A stretch of DNA of 64,000 bases from Paraphysomonas bandaiensis (Eukaryota; Protista; Chrysophyceae): assembly GCA_965644295.1 (NCBI GenBank), contig CBFFRP010000065.1, forward strand, positions 62,001 to 126,000, in the 5' to 3' direction. The notes under the pieces were generated by a model. That model saw nothing but the letters and a program-made list of their open reading frames with translations, made no database searches and had not been told where the DNA came from. The position numbers were made by a program, and so were the translations under genes. Shown piece after piece: positions 10,308 to 25,100 of the stretch (positions are counted from its first letter, which is position 1; every line of letters starts with the position of its first letter).

Positions 10308-13300
10308 CTATGATTTAGGCTCACTATTCGTCGGCTCACAACGGGTATCTGGTGGTAGTTTAGTATCACATGCAAATTGCGAATCAGCACTCTCTACAGT
10401 GGTACAACGCACAGGGGTTGCACTCCTTGTTGTTGGTGGCGTCTTTGAATCAGAGTCTTTAGTGGATATGTACGAGTTCGCTTGGGAAGGAAGAGAAGGA
10501 AAGGTAGACATAGTAATGGCGGACATGTCTTTTGAGGGTGTTGATTCCTCACTCTCCTTACTCATGGCACCATACGATGCGGGAGTATCTGATGATCCTA
10601 GAGAGCGAGTTGACTTGTTTCCAACGGTCGTTGAGTCGCTATTGGCTTTTTTGGTAAGCTGGCTGACTATTGTAATAGGTAAGGTTGAAGTCCTCTTCGT
10701 ACCCGGAGGTGTCCGAGGCTTCTTTCCTACTACATGCGTGCTTTCCGTAGACTCATTGATGGTCTGCACGCTTCCATTGATGCGAGATAGCATGGCAGAC
10801 GGGTCTGTCGTCCTCCTCTCACTCCTAACGTGTAGGTCTTCGGGAGACTCAGGATGATTATCCGGCGTGCTTGGCCGGTCATCCACGCTCACTCGTGACG
10901 TCGAACTATCTTGTCGCATAAGAAAGTGACTCATGCCGGTGAGCTGCGCGAGAGAAGTTGGCAAAGAGGAGAGTGTGCGTGATCGCTTCAGTGGAGTGCT
11001 ACGGTTGTTGGAATCCTCTTCGACAAGATCAGGCTTCTTGTCTGAAAGGATAGTACGGCTGCTAACGGCCTCTGTTGGCAACCAGTGCGCACGACTATCG
11101 TGGCGTAAGAAAAGAGACGGGCGCGTACGCTTCTGCACTGGAGATGGGGTCTTGCCGGCAAGGTTGCCGTCGTCAAGAGGTGAACCCTCACGTATCGAAC
11201 TGACGCTCTCGCGTGACTTTTGCTTTCGGAGTTTTCTGTCGACCGCTGATTCCCACGAGGATAACGTTATGCCGGATATACCAGATATTTGGGACGCTTC
11301 TCTGCGGAAGGAGGCCGGGCGAGATGAAAATGGTGACCTCAAAGGGGCAAGCCAGGAGGATTGACGCGATGTATCGCTGCACATGGCTTCACTGCGAGCT
11401 GATATCGGTCGACTTGTCTGGAACTCCAGTTGGGCAATAGGAGGGCTGCTGTACTGGTCCTCGTCGGAGTTATCGTTTTCCACTTTCCTTTCCACATCCT
11501 CTCTCGGCTTTTCACCATTATTCGTCCCATCCACCTCACTCTGGGACCGATTACTTCCACGCTTGCTGCTCATGCGGGGCATGAAGAACCTACGAGATGA
11601 ATTGGAGCGCCGAGAAGCAGAAGACCTGTCGTCTTTTAGTGTTGAATCCGGACTGTCTTGTTGCGCGAATGAACTCGACGACATGGAGCGCTTAGATGCA
11701 TTCCAAATAATCTTTCGTAAAGACCTCCTGTTGTGCTTCTTTTTCTCCTCTGAGTTCATGTTACGATGCTGTTCAACCATTTGAGCTATGATGCTTCGCA
11801 GCTTCTCGCGAGACTGCTTTCCTCTCCACATGGCCTAAATCATAAAGATTAGAGTATATAAATCAACAGACAGCCATGCTAATACCTGCATCGCCATCGC
11901 GCTGTTAAATTCAACAGCTAGGTCGACCTCAGTGAAGACCTCATCCTTCATCTTCGTCTCCAACTTCTTTAGGGTCTTGTACTTCGTCATCTTCCGCATG
12001 CGGTACAAAAGCTCTTGCCTTTGCTGGTTCGACATAGCGGCGATAACATTAGTCCCTCCTTTAGTCTTGGACTGTGATCGACGCACCAGCGCGGCAATCA
12101 CGTCGACGAAATAAACACGACCTTTGGAATCCTCCTTCAAGTCCAGACTTCGGACAAATGAGAGAACGAAATTTCGATGCAGCTGCCGTTGGCCATTATC
12201 TCCAAGTGCAAGGTCTGTTTCGGGAAGGTTTTTGATGCCAAGAGGAGGAGGAATTGAATGAATTAACTTCACCAAGGCATAACAGGGGATTCTGTCTTTA
12301 TCCTCCGCGCCAAGCTCGTCGTGTATTTGTGCCCAGACCTCTATGAAGTCCTCCAGATTTTTCTGTTGGACTTTGTCTGGATCTGCAGCTAGAGCTGCTT
12401 CAAAATTTTCCAAAATTACGGCAATGAACAAGTTGAGCATCATGTATCTACAAGTGATAAGAAATAGAGCGAAATATGGGACAGCTACTGGGTAGCCCTG
12501 GTCTTGAAGGTAGTGCATCATATCGTTCCAGTTTTCACCCGTCATACAGCGGAAGAGAAGGAGCATTGAGGTACCGAAGTGTTCGAAGTTATTGTACTCC
12601 GTGAATAACTCGCCATCCCGCTCTGCCGTTCCGAATACATTCATACCGACAATCGTGAACACAAAAAATGCCAGAAACAACAGTGAACCCACATTGAGGA
12701 GAGAAGGAAGCGAAAAGAAGAGGGTTTTCAATAGGACGATAAGATTTTTGGAACTTTTCACAAGACGTAATATGCGTCCTATACGCAACACACGGAAGAT
12801 AGTCACATTGAAAACCAGGGCCATACCGGACACATCCAAGACTGCACCCAAAACAATCAAAAAGTCAAATCTGTTCCAGTTGTTTTTGGAAAAATGATAC
12901 AACCCTACGGCAAGAAAGCGCAGCAATAGCTCGAGGCCGAATATTCCAACAAACATAATATCCAGATAGTAAACCACATTCGTCATTTCATCAGGTTGAT
13001 TGTAGTGAATAAGTGTCATAAGCAAAATGTTCAGCAATATGAAAACATCCATGACCAAAATGAAGTTCGGGTTTTGAACAAGATAATAAATAGGTCGCTG
13101 CAGACCATACATGTCCGTCTCAGTGGGGACTGGAGCCTGGTTTTGTGGACGTGCTGACATGGCTACCTTCAGATCATTCAACCATTGTTGCTGATCTTCA
13201 GTCAGAAAGACGCTACCTTTATCCAGAATCCTCGCTTTGTTGAACTTATGTACTATAATCCCAACAAAAAGGTTCGTGATAAAAAAGGCGCCAACGATAA

Positions 13301-16300
13301 TGAAAGCGATGAAGTATATAGCATTAAAGCGCGAGTTGTTGAGTACTGGATGATGGGTTTTCCTATCCACAATATCCATGGCTGGGTACATAATATCAGG
13401 CCATCCCTCCATGGTTGAGAGTTCGAAGAGAGTTAATAAAGCGTTTCCAATGTTGTCGAAATTCGATGGGGCGGTTTTCCACTCCAGTTGTGCGACGTAT
13501 CCACCTGAATTAGTGACATTTCCTGTGCAGTCTAGCATGTCCAAAGTATACCGAAACTCGTTCTCATATATGGAGTTTTCGGAAGAGTCCCAATCACCAG
13601 ACGCTTTGCAGGAATATAAATGATCTCGGAACATGGATGCACCAAGGATCGCAAAAGTGAACAGAAACACACTCACAACAAGTACAAAGTTCGTTAGAGG
13701 AGGGACGACCAATATGATTGCGTTCACCACAGCACGCATACCAGGGGAGCGCGAAACTACTCGAAGAGGTCGCAGTGCACGAAGAGCTCTGAAAGCTTTC
13801 AAGAAAGACAAATCTAGAGACTTAAGTGATATCGACAACACAGATATAGCAACAACAATAAAGTCTAAAATATTCCACTCGCTCTTAAAATATCCCTGGG
13901 GAGTGTAGTATACACCCATCGCAATCATTTTGACAAGCATTTCCAGCACAAAAAAAGATGTGAAAAACAAGTCCGTGACTCGAACAGTTCTACCCAGCAC
14001 AGAGTCGCTCTTAACACCAGGCTCGTCCAGAGCGAGAAATAGACTGACAAAATATGTTAGAACTTATCAAGTAGAACAGTACATCACTCACCTGCTAGCT
14101 ATAATCATGCCGACCACAAATATTTCCGTGTACTTGTGAATCACAATTTGACCGCACCAACGCCGTATAGCACTATCCCCAAAGAACAATCCGAACGACA
14201 CGCCCTCAAGCATAGCGTTTAGCTCATCGAGCTTCTTATTCTCACGAACTTTAACCATCGTCTTCTTGGCCTCCTTGGATGTCATTAGCCACTCCGTTAC
14301 CTGTTCTCCCTGGTCCCCTAGTCGATACAAACTTCGATCGTCACTGAATCGAATATCTGTGTTCGCGCTAATTTTTCTGTTCACATATAGCGGTTTAATC
14401 GCATTGGGTGGGGTGGCTGAGGACTGGTTCGAGTATGGTGTGACAACCGACGAACCCTCGTCATCAAGAGCCACATCATCATCTTTCTCTTCGCCATTGC
14501 GCATGATGTACACTGGCAGAAGCTTTCGACGGAACACCAGTTCCTGACCCATAGCAATAGCTTGTGGTATTGAATTCACAATTTGTCGGTCCAACAGTAT
14601 ATCAACGACCTCGACAGCCATGAAGCAATCGTTGAAATACTGGTTGCCCCTTCTATACTGCCCTGGTACGATGTCTCCCAGAACTGCCCTCCGGTATGCG
14701 TCTTCCTGAAGAAAAAGGCTCCCTTCCTCGTTTTCATGTTCCAAACTGCTGTCCCACCCACCCCATTTTGATTGCATATGCTTTAAAGCTTTCCCGGTGG
14801 GACTTGGGGCCTTTGAGTATGCAGCTGCCGGGTGCGTAGGCAGTGTACGGTTTCGACTAAAACTACTCGCACTACTCGACTTGCGGCCCAGCATATACCG
14901 TAGTGACCTGACTAAAACCGACGAGTCATCACGCTCATTATCCGCATCGTAGTCAGCAACACCAAATTCGCCACTATCGGACGACATTGAGTCATTTTGA
15001 CTGCATTTCTCCCCCGTCGACTTGCGCTCTACCTCTCCATCCCCAGACCAGGATACGGGTAGCAAATTTTGGCACAGCATATACCCAAATGCCACCCACA
15101 CCTTCCTCTTCATGATAGTGGAGAATGTTCCTGCGACGGTTGATATCACCACTTGTACGTCGCGTTGATGATCTAACTGTTCGTAATACGAAACTCTATC
15201 CTTTCGATATCGACCTTCGCTAAAATTCTCTAACAGAATCGCGAGGAATAAATTGAGCACAATCAGATTCCCAATACCGTACACAATCACATAGTAGATG
15301 CCACCAATGGTGGGGTTGTATTCCATTCCTCGGAACAGCATGTCACTCCAATTCTCTCCTGACACCACCTGGAAAGTGGATACAAAAGCTTGAAATAATG
15401 TGTCGTAGTTCGCCCGAGATGTTCCATATTGAAAGTGGTCACCGTCCAACTTCCCCGCAAAAAGAGACATTCCAGCCAGTGCGCATACAAATATATAGAG
15501 AAAGAGAATAATGCAGAAGTACCCTAGTCCTGGGCCTGACTTGAATACAGCATAAACTAGTTGTTGGAGAGACTCCCACCTACTCAGGAGCTTAAAGGTA
15601 CGGAACACTCTCAGAGTGCGAAAAGCTGATAGTGCGCTGCTTGCGGTGGAGGTGAATAGTTCCGCGACACTCACAATCACAATTGCTGTATCTACAACAT
15701 TGAAACCTACGCGAAAGAACTTCGTGATATCCTCAGCTATTATGCGAATCACGAGTTCAATGACAAACAAAATAGTACAGGTCGTGTTCACATCGTTCAC
15801 AAACTTCTTCACCAAGCCCTCTGCGCCGTTTGCCTCAATGGCAAGTGCGATGATATTGAATAATATTAGCAATACGATGACCCAATGAAAATTAACACTT
15901 TCTGTCACATAGCTGATGTTGTATTTTAACTGCATATATAACGCATTCTCTGTAAAGAAGTTTCGGATGGTTTCAGGGATCAATCCACGGTCTGCAAGCA
16001 AGTCCACAAGCGGCGGAATCAGCTTCTTAGGAGGAATACGTCGATGGTGAGAGGCAACAGCATTCAAATCAGCTTTCGATGAATGTACCTCGTCTATTGT
16101 ATCGATGTACGACTGATATATTACAGCAATTAGAAGATTGATCACAAAATAGGAGCCCACAAATACTAGAAAGACAAAATAACCAGCGGATGCTTCTCCC
16201 GCCGTGTCCATGATTTCGTACATAATAGATGCCCACCCTGCAAAAACACGTCGGAAATATCTCGACAACGACGAACACACTTACCTTCCAGAGATATCAG

Positions 16301-17517
16301 CACAAATATAGAAAGAAAAGAATTCGGAGTGTTGTCAAAATTTTGGTTCGGATTTAAATTTGGATTTGGCTTGTCCGTACCGGGATAGTTGTCTCGACAT
16401 ATTTCTCTGTGATGGCACTGCAAGCCGCTGGTGTGGTCCATCGAGCACAGATCATCACCGGGGTCATAGGAGTTTCCATATTCCTCTTGGACGTCTTTGG
16501 GGAAACAGCGCTGCCGCAGTCTACCCATGTACAGTTGTGTGCCCAAAATGCCTACATGAGTGCTTCAATGGCAAGTTAGAAAGAGACGTAACGTATTACC
16601 GAAAAGGAGAAATATGAAGGTTAGAAGGTAGCCAACACTAATAAGTCGAGGAATTGCATCCAAAACCGCCTTAACAAGTCGCTTGAGACCCGGAACATTG
16701 TTAACTGTTTTAAGCACCTATACAAGACATATATCAGCAGTTGATATTATAGTGGAAGGCAAATAGACCTTCAGGATGCGAATGGCGCGAATAAATGTAA
16801 AGTTGCTAATAGATGCCGCATTGGAAATAGACAACAGAAATGGAAGCCATCCAAGCACTAGTACTGTGAAGTCGAGTCTACATGGTAGTTAGTCAGATAT
16901 TACACATGAGTACAGGCACTACCCACCGGTTCCAAGGATCAAGGAAGTACCCAGCAGGTGATCCTGTTCCGCCCAAAGCAATAAGTTTAATGCAGAATTC
17001 CACCAGAAATATCGAATTGAAGACAAATTCTGCCACAGCAAACATCTGTTTGCAATATTGTCAGTTGAGTCGCCTACATGAGCATCAAATATACGTACAG
17101 TCTTATTGTTATCATCAAGGGGGTTATCTGCCGCAAGGAACAGCGCATTCCCAATTATAGAGAGCAATATCATCCTGTCGAACCACGAATGCAGCATGGC
17201 ATTAATACAGAATTCGCGAATAGGGCTTTCAAGGGGAAAACAATATAACGTGGTTTCGTCCATGACACTCCACACATTAGGATTGCCTTCATAGAACCAC
17301 GTGCTGACTTGCTCTGAAGTTATTACAGCTTGGGATCCCTCCTCAAGTTCAGATGCTATTAAATTGTGCTCTATGCAAACAATATAACAACAAATAATCA
17401 ATATATGTCAATACACTTACTTTCCGCTAGATCACGTAGTCTGTCGATCAATGGCTTTTGGTATGGCTTTACCTCTATGCCAGTGTTGATGGAGGATCTT
17501 GCAGCAGGTATATACAT
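10308..17517 (-). CDS. Four-domain voltage-gated Ca2+ channel alpha subunit (EEEE filter), multi-exon
   Basis: Four 6-TM repeats with S4 motifs (FIRAIRILK, FRTLRVFRTFK, FRALRALRPLR, FRVLRIGRILRLVK). Pore loops SLEG|W, SGENW, TMEGW, TGENW. EF/GPHH-like region (FIEVWAQ...IPPPLG) and an IQ-like AMAMQ|AMWRGKQSR formed across intron 11835-11885. Long Ser/Arg-rich tail. The start at 17517 is inferred. Confidence 0.93.
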
Positions 17518-18266
17518 CGTTGATCAATGGTGTACTATATCAAATATATATAAATTTGTTGGCTAAATAATTGATTGGTGTTTCTAACGGTAACCATGAA
17601 GTGCGATGTTTAATATATACGGCACAAGTGTCTAGTATAAGACCTTAAGCTATAGAGAGATCAATTGGACTATTAGTCTCTGTCATTTAAGGCATAACCT
17701 CAATATTATTGACAAGAGATATAAATCATATTAAAAAATAGACCGATCAAGTCTCATTCATGTTGATGAGGGTATATATATCTCTGTATGGGGATCTGAG
17801 GTGTGCTAGTATCAGTCGAAGAGAAATGGAAGCTACTGTACTGCCGTATAGAGTATAACAACAATAAAAATATACCCACAAACAAGGCCCTGTTTAGCCC
17901 TCATCAGCAGCAGGCAGTAACCATATAGTACCCCCGTGCTATAGTTACAGTAGTCATAGTTATGGTAGTGGGTATGTATACATAGTATGGGGGATGTATT
18001 GGAAGGTTCGACGAGGGCGGAGAGTCGGTTTTTCCCATTTACAGTATTGTATAATATTCCGTTGGTTTATATATACACACATATCAGTATTGTAGCAGTG
18101 GGGGCATGTGCTTTCCGTTATAGTGAGATAGATAAACAAGATATCACTAAACTCTACGAATATTACACGGAGTATTACAAGATTTTATATCATCTTCGTT
18201 TGCAGTAGAGGTTATTAGTTCTCTGTGTGCAGTTGGGTAGCGTATTAGTGTCAGCTATATAACACT

Positions 18267-20685
18267 ATGGGTTGTTGCGATAATTCTAACCCTGACAGTG
18301 GTGGGGACAATGACACGAACCACCCTGATAACAAAAAGATGAGCGGAGATGGATGGACTAGTTTAAGAGAGAGGAAACGGCATTGTACTGACTGTTTGTG
18401 TCTGGTTTGTATAGTCATACAGTGCAAGCGTCCCTAATTTATAGACTTAGATTCTTCTAATATGTTGCTGGATTGCCATGACTACTGTGGGGTTTATTGT
18501 TACAGGAGTTATTGACGACCAACACCTCGACAAAGGATATCCAGCTAGGTAATTAGTATAAAATAAGGTGATATTCATAACCCCTAATTAATAGATTGAC
18601 CAATGCTATTGACTACGACGGACGGATTTGTGGCGCCTCGTCAGGAGTCAAAGATCGCCCGAATGCATATTACTTGACCAGTGGGGCAGGTGTGTATTTT
18701 ATATATCGGGCGCATATTTTTTACATATTTTGCAGTGGTATGTGTGAAAAGTTGTCCTAAGAAGACAGACTACTCCGAGTTCATATGCTACGACGAGAAG
18801 CAAGCAGCTGCGAATGCTAACGAATCTACAGCGTGGGTATTGGTTGGCAAACAGAAGTGTATGTATGAGGCAAAAACCGAAGAATGTCAGTCATTTTGTA
18901 GTTTGTACGTGTCGTGATTAACTATTTTCTGTTTTAGTTCTGAACAGGTGTTTATACCAGAAGGACAAGTCTGTCAATGCTTCGTCTGCCCAGGATGCTG
19001 CCAGCAGCTATGTAGACTTAGGTGAAGTCTCAATTCCATCGTCCTATTCGGACAGCGACACGGGTTCTTGGGCAACTGGCTTTTTTGCTGATATGTATAA
19101 GCTCAGAGGCTACATATTTGGATTTGGAATTGGTATTTCGGTCTTTCTGGCACTGGGCTACCTATACTTCCTTCGCGTACCTGGCGTGTTGTTCATCATG
19201 ATCTGGAGCATTATTGTTGGTGCGGGTATTTTTCATCGCCTTGTTGCACTTTATAATTCAATGATTAGGGATTGGTACGGTGCTTTTCGTGGGATCTGTA
19301 ATGCTCTACGTATTGGCGCAGCAGTGGTCACAGGACGATGAGAGAAGCAATGACGAGGCGACCACCCTCCAAGTCATCAGCATCATTGGATTTGTGATAT
19401 TTGCACTATATATATGTTTAATATGTGTAATGCGAAAGCGCATCATGCTTGCAATTGGAATCGTGAAAGAGGCCTCTCGGGCTGTGGCCGCGATGCCTAT
19501 TCTTTGCCTCATGCCAGTTTTTCAATGCGCAGCTGTAGTTGTCTTTCTGGTACCATGGACGATCTACTCTTTATATCTAGCCTCTTCGGGAGATGTAAAG
19601 ACAGAAGAAATAGAAGCTGATGGACAAACAACACAGTACAAGACCATAGAGTACAATAATAACACACGACTAGCGTTTCTATATCTCCTGTTCTGTTGGT
19701 TCTGGACTTCTCAATTCGTTGTCGCGGCTGGTCAAATAATGTCCGCCCTTTCCTTTTCTGCGTGGTACTTTACCAGAGATAAGAAGACAGAGGGCAATGC
19801 AACTGTGTTTTGGGTGAGATATTATATTTGTTATTTTTATGGCGTCGCTGATGTGTTGTGGTAGGCATTCCGTGTGACGGTCCTCTATCATCTTGGCACT
19901 GCCGCCTATGGCTCTCTAGTGATAGCAATCATCAAAACTATACGTGCGGTACTCGCGTATCTACAACGCAAAGCGAAGAAATCTGGTAACCAACTGGCAT
20001 TGTGTATACTGCGGGTATTACAGTGCTGCATGTGGTGTCTGGAGAAGTGCATGAAGTTCCTGAATAAAAACGCCTACATCCAGACTGCCATTCATGGGTA
20101 CTCTTTCTGCAAAGCCTGTAGGGCTGCTTTTTTTCTCATTGCGAGGAATGTTTTGAGAGTTATTGCTGTCAGTTATGTCGGCGACTTTGTTCTCTTTCTT
20201 GGAAAGGTATGGTGTGTAATGTATGTTGATATAAGTATGATGTCGGTGCTGTAGATATTTATTCCACTCCTAACGACTTTCCTCTGCTACCTCGCATTGG
20301 GATATGCCATTGGAGATCGCATTAATGGACTTGTAGGGCCGTTGCTGATTGTCTTTTTCTTGTCGTTTTTCGTAGCCAACTTGTTCGTTGAGGTGTTCGG
20401 TATGGCTATCAGCACAATACTTATGTGCTATTGTGCGGACGAGGAAATGTTTCCTCCGGAGGAAAGATTCGCGGATGGATCCCTCCGGGGAGCTATCAAG
20501 AAAACACAACAGTCAGCAGCTGAAGCCAAGGTGGTACCTCAGGAAGCCAATGTAGTCGCTGTGCAAGCTAAGGTTGGTGTCTGTGTTATTCGCACACGTC
20601 CATATCACGTCAGTTTTAGGCTGTACCAGACCAGGATGAAGACGAGTTAAGTAAAGATGCCGCAAAGGGAGGAGCACTTTTATAG
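18267..20685 (+). CDS. Choline transporter-like protein (SLC44/CTL/Pns1 family), multi-exon
   Basis: MGCC start; RHCTDCLCL; DYDGRICG; CVKSCP; RKRIMLAIGIVKEAS; YHLGTAAYGSL; CLEKCMKFLNKNAYIQTAIHGYSFC; TILMCYCADEE. Confidence 0.93.
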
Positions 20686-22125
20686 AGGTGCATTTATGTG
20701 AATGTGTACAGTTTTTGAAAGAGTTATTTAATAAAATTCTAGTTTTTTGGATTAGCCATTAATGAAGGAATCGTGATGTATAGAAATATAATTGAAAAGA
20801 TTCTAATCAACACATATCCTAATTCATTGGTTATAGGCATCACGGGTTACTGCATATTTGGTGCACCCTGTCAATAGCGTGAACGTCTTATTCTTAGCAA
20901 TAGGCGTAAAGAGTCATCACCAGATAAGTAGCTAGATGAAAACTAGTCAAGTTATATAGACTTCTACCTGTAATTAACTTGTGCAAACTCTCATGTTCTA
21001 AACTCTAAACCCTGTCAATATAGCACTGTCGAAAGTCAAAAGTAACAGCATTATACCACCAAGTATTAATTTAAGTGTTGTGGAGTAAGAGATGACGAGT
21101 TTTTAGAATATCTTCAATTTTTATTGAATATAACATATTCATGTATGTGGTATAAACGTATTCAGCACAAAGTGTTGACCGCTATGTAGTGATATTGTAT
21201 GCACGTATGCACTCAGTCTAAATTATTATGCGTATCAATATTATCGATGTTACTGCAATAGGTTATCTTGTACATATTCTCTTTGCACAACAGAATTATT
21301 CACTTAACACTGTCAACAGTAAATGGTACTACCTACATATAATACTGCATCCATGTGAACATGCACATCAAGCATATGGTATTTTCCTCAGTGAGACGAA
21401 ACCCCACTTTGCTCGTGAGAAGAACCATTAGGTTGGAGTTACAAAAACTCTACTCGTCGTCTGCCTTATCTAATCACATTCGATATATCAGACCATTTAG
21501 TTTCATAATAACTTGCTTTGGGCAATCTAGTTTCAATGCAGCCATTCAGATGGACTATAATATCACTCCATATTTGACATACACAACAAGTACATGAGCT
21601 CGACGCCAGAGGAGCCACATCCCTTATTTCTTTTCTATATACCTTCAGTTGTCCTGCATCATTCATCCCACTATCAGGTCTTGTTTTGGCAATGGACTGA
21701 CTGTCCAGGCTGTGCCCACATACACAGCAGTTTTGAATAGCGTAACCATAACAATTCATCCGTTAACGGTCACTCCCCGTTCTGTAACCCGTACAAAACT
21801 AATATACAGCAGTATATACTGCTGTAGTCCAGGGAAGTATTAGTCGTCTAGTGGTGCATAGAATTCTAAGCCAATAGCTTCTCAACAGATACTGTTCGTA
21901 GTTGCAATGAAAGTACGCCTTACCTTACGACTTACGACACCCCATAGATGTATATTGAACAATGTATAGTGTACAGTCCATGTGGTTATAGTTCATATTG
22001 ATATCTACTTGAGGAAACAAACTGTTATCATGTATATGTCCAGCTGTAGTATCTATACTGTCCTTATATAGGATGATCTCATTGTAGTAAGTTAGGCTAT
22101 AAGAGAATAAACAGTTGACGTCGTT

Positions 22126-25100
22126 ATGTTGGGGATAACTCTGACATTGTGCTTACTTCAAAGTGTTTTAACTGAAAAGAAATTTGCCCAACAGTTGAAT
22201 CCTGTTATTACTAAAGTAACTCCGTGGTTTGGGGGGGTTGAAGGAGGAACACAGGTGACGATATCTGGGGCTAACCTGGCATCCACCTCTCTTTTCACAG
22301 AGACTGTGGTTTTTATTGGTAATGAGAAGTGTAATGTGATCATGCATTATTCTGGACCTGAGAAAGTTGTTTGTGTGACTCCAAAGTGTTACACAGACAC
22401 TTGTTTGAGTGGTAGCATTTGGTCAGGGACAAGTAAGGTAGAGCTCAGTGTGTATGTATCTTCGGTTGAAGGCATACAAACCACTTCATCAGTATTCACA
22501 TACTACAATTACTGGACCCCGGCAGTGTTTGCGATGGACGCCTCTACATGGGGTAGTGCAACTTCGTTGGTACATGCCAAGGCACGGGTGAGCGAGCTGA
22601 GTGATATTGCCGTCACTTTCGGCGACGGCTATAGAGGCTACCTGGGTACAGAAGAGGAGCTGAATAAGGATGTGCTCAACTACAACACCAATGAGCATGT
22701 GCTCTATTATCGTCCTCCATTGGATATGCCAGGAGGCTTTTACAACCTTACTCTGAGTGTCCAAGATGACCTGGCGGCGGGTTCGACGTCAACAGGATAC
22801 GCCAAGATGTTCGTGGATGACCACTATGAATCCCACAAACTCTCTCGTCCATATCTCTTTCAGTCTTCTCTACAAGGAACATCATACAGTGTCAGCGTAT
22901 TTCCAACAGTGTCGTCAATCTATCCGTCGTCGGGAAGTATTGGAGGTGGGACTGTGGTGCGTATATCGGGATCTGGATTCTCTAGGGAAAGTCATGAGCT
23001 GGAGGTGCTTGTGGGCGGCATTCCATGTACAGTGCTTTCATCTGACGTTAACACAATCCGTTGCATCACTTCACCGCGGTTCAATCAGACCTTGCTTCGT
23101 TCGCTAACGAAAGATGATGCAGCCTCCCTTCTTGAGCTCCATGAGCACTCCTCTTCTTTCTGCTCGTATGGGTCACCCGGTTGGTGGGTTAAAACCTGGA
23201 ACCATGATAATAACCTCGCGGGAAATGTTGGACTAGATGAGCATGTAGATCTATCTTTTGGTTGGAGACATGGGGCGTACATGTCGTTCTACGAAAGTGT
23301 GAAAACTGGATACGACTGGCCTAATACTATTGGGTTTGAAACTAGAAACCAGATTTACGTGAAAGACGCCGGGGCAGTATTCACTGCGTCATTTGCTGGA
23401 CTATACACTTTTTACATTGCATCTGACGACCAGGGGTACCTTTATGCATCGTCTTCCGGAGTGGAGAGTGACGAGGTTCTCATAGCCTACAATACTAGAC
23501 ATTCAAGTTCTTACAAGTACCATTACGACCCTGCCACACAAATATCGGACCCAATACCCCTTGCTAAAGGAGAAAAGATTTTTCTGCGATTGAGACATGT
23601 GCGTGACTCGACATCTTATCTCGTGTGTGTTTCAGACATCTTATCTCTTCCTGTTTGTAATTTAGGTTAATACCGGTGGGTACGATTTTTCTATAGTTTC
23701 TGTCAAGATATCGCCTACATACAGTTGTGAGGGAGTACTGATGCCCGATTGGATGCCAAATACGAATATAACTGATGACTGTGCGTCAGAACCATCTGAG
23801 ACTACCAAAGAATCTAATTTTCCTGAGTCTCTCATTCAACTTAACTCCGTTCCTGAGGTACAGGAGATACACCTAAGCTTTGAACTCCGTCGTGAGATTC
23901 AGGTAAACTCTTGTACGCTATTTCGAACGGTAAGTAACGGTGTGTGTAGATGATAAATATCACTGGTACAGAGTCTGGTGAATTTTTATTGGTTGTTCAA
24001 GGTCGCATTATTACCAGCTATTTGTCAGTTTCCTCAAGTGCGACAGAGATTAGGGATGCACTGAACACTGCTACACGTTCTCTGGATTCTGAAGAGCGCG
24101 AGACGTACAGTTTCTCGGTGTGGCTGGAACAGAGTGAATCGAGTCTCGCTATATTTGTTCAGTTTGAAGTGGACAACACTTCGCCACTAACCATGCTTCA
24201 AATTTATCCGGTGTCATTAGTGGGTATGCAATGTTCATACTTATATGATATGCCCATTTAGTGCACGTATATAGGCTGGAATCCTCAGGCCGTTGTGACG
24301 AGAGTGCAAGAGCATTCTCCGTTTCCCGCGGATAGTTTCAATATAATTTTTGATGATGAGGTAAGTGGAGGAGTAGGTCCAGCTGTACCGTGGGACTCAT
24401 GGACGACCACTGTTGAGGCAAGCATCGAGGAATACTTCGCTGATAATCGCTACAATGTGAGGCGATAATTGTTTTGCCAATCTTGTTCAATTGTCTCTGT
24501 AGGTGGAAGTAACACGTAGTGGATATTCTCTTACTGGCTACGTATGGACAATCAGCTTCGTCACTCCCAGGGGCGATGTTCCTGAAATGAAAGTAGATGT
24601 GTCTGGCCTCAGTGGCCCAAATGCAACAGCATATGTGACCACTCAGTCCAACGGCAGTACGAGTGAACTGTGGTTTGAGCCAATTCCTTCCTGGATGACG
24701 GAGGTTCCTTTGGAGTGGGCTACTGCGGGGCGAGTTCATAGTAATGTTGAAGTTTATCGGCACACGCCTACTGGAGATGTTATAAAGGCTGTGTGTGACA
24801 GCAGCGGAGATGGAGGCCCTGGCATTATGGGAAATTTAAAGGGAAACGAATATGACTGTGCCTACCAGTACAGCTCAAACTTCACTGCTGTTGTTACGGG
24901 GTTTGCGATTGTATCATATAGTGACGACCGAACTGTGGAAGTCGGAATTTCTGGTCATGGGTTTTCGATTGGTGGTGTTAACAATACGGTGATAGTGACA
25001 ATTGCTGAGTATGTATGCAACATTACGGCCTTAACTGACGAAAGTATTACTTGCGAAGTATCAAGTGTGCCTTGGGGAAACCACGGCGTAGTTGTGAATA

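Noticed and set aside
21466-21759. Minus-strand ORF with two CCVC motifs
   Set aside because: Short, with no clear family or gene structure.
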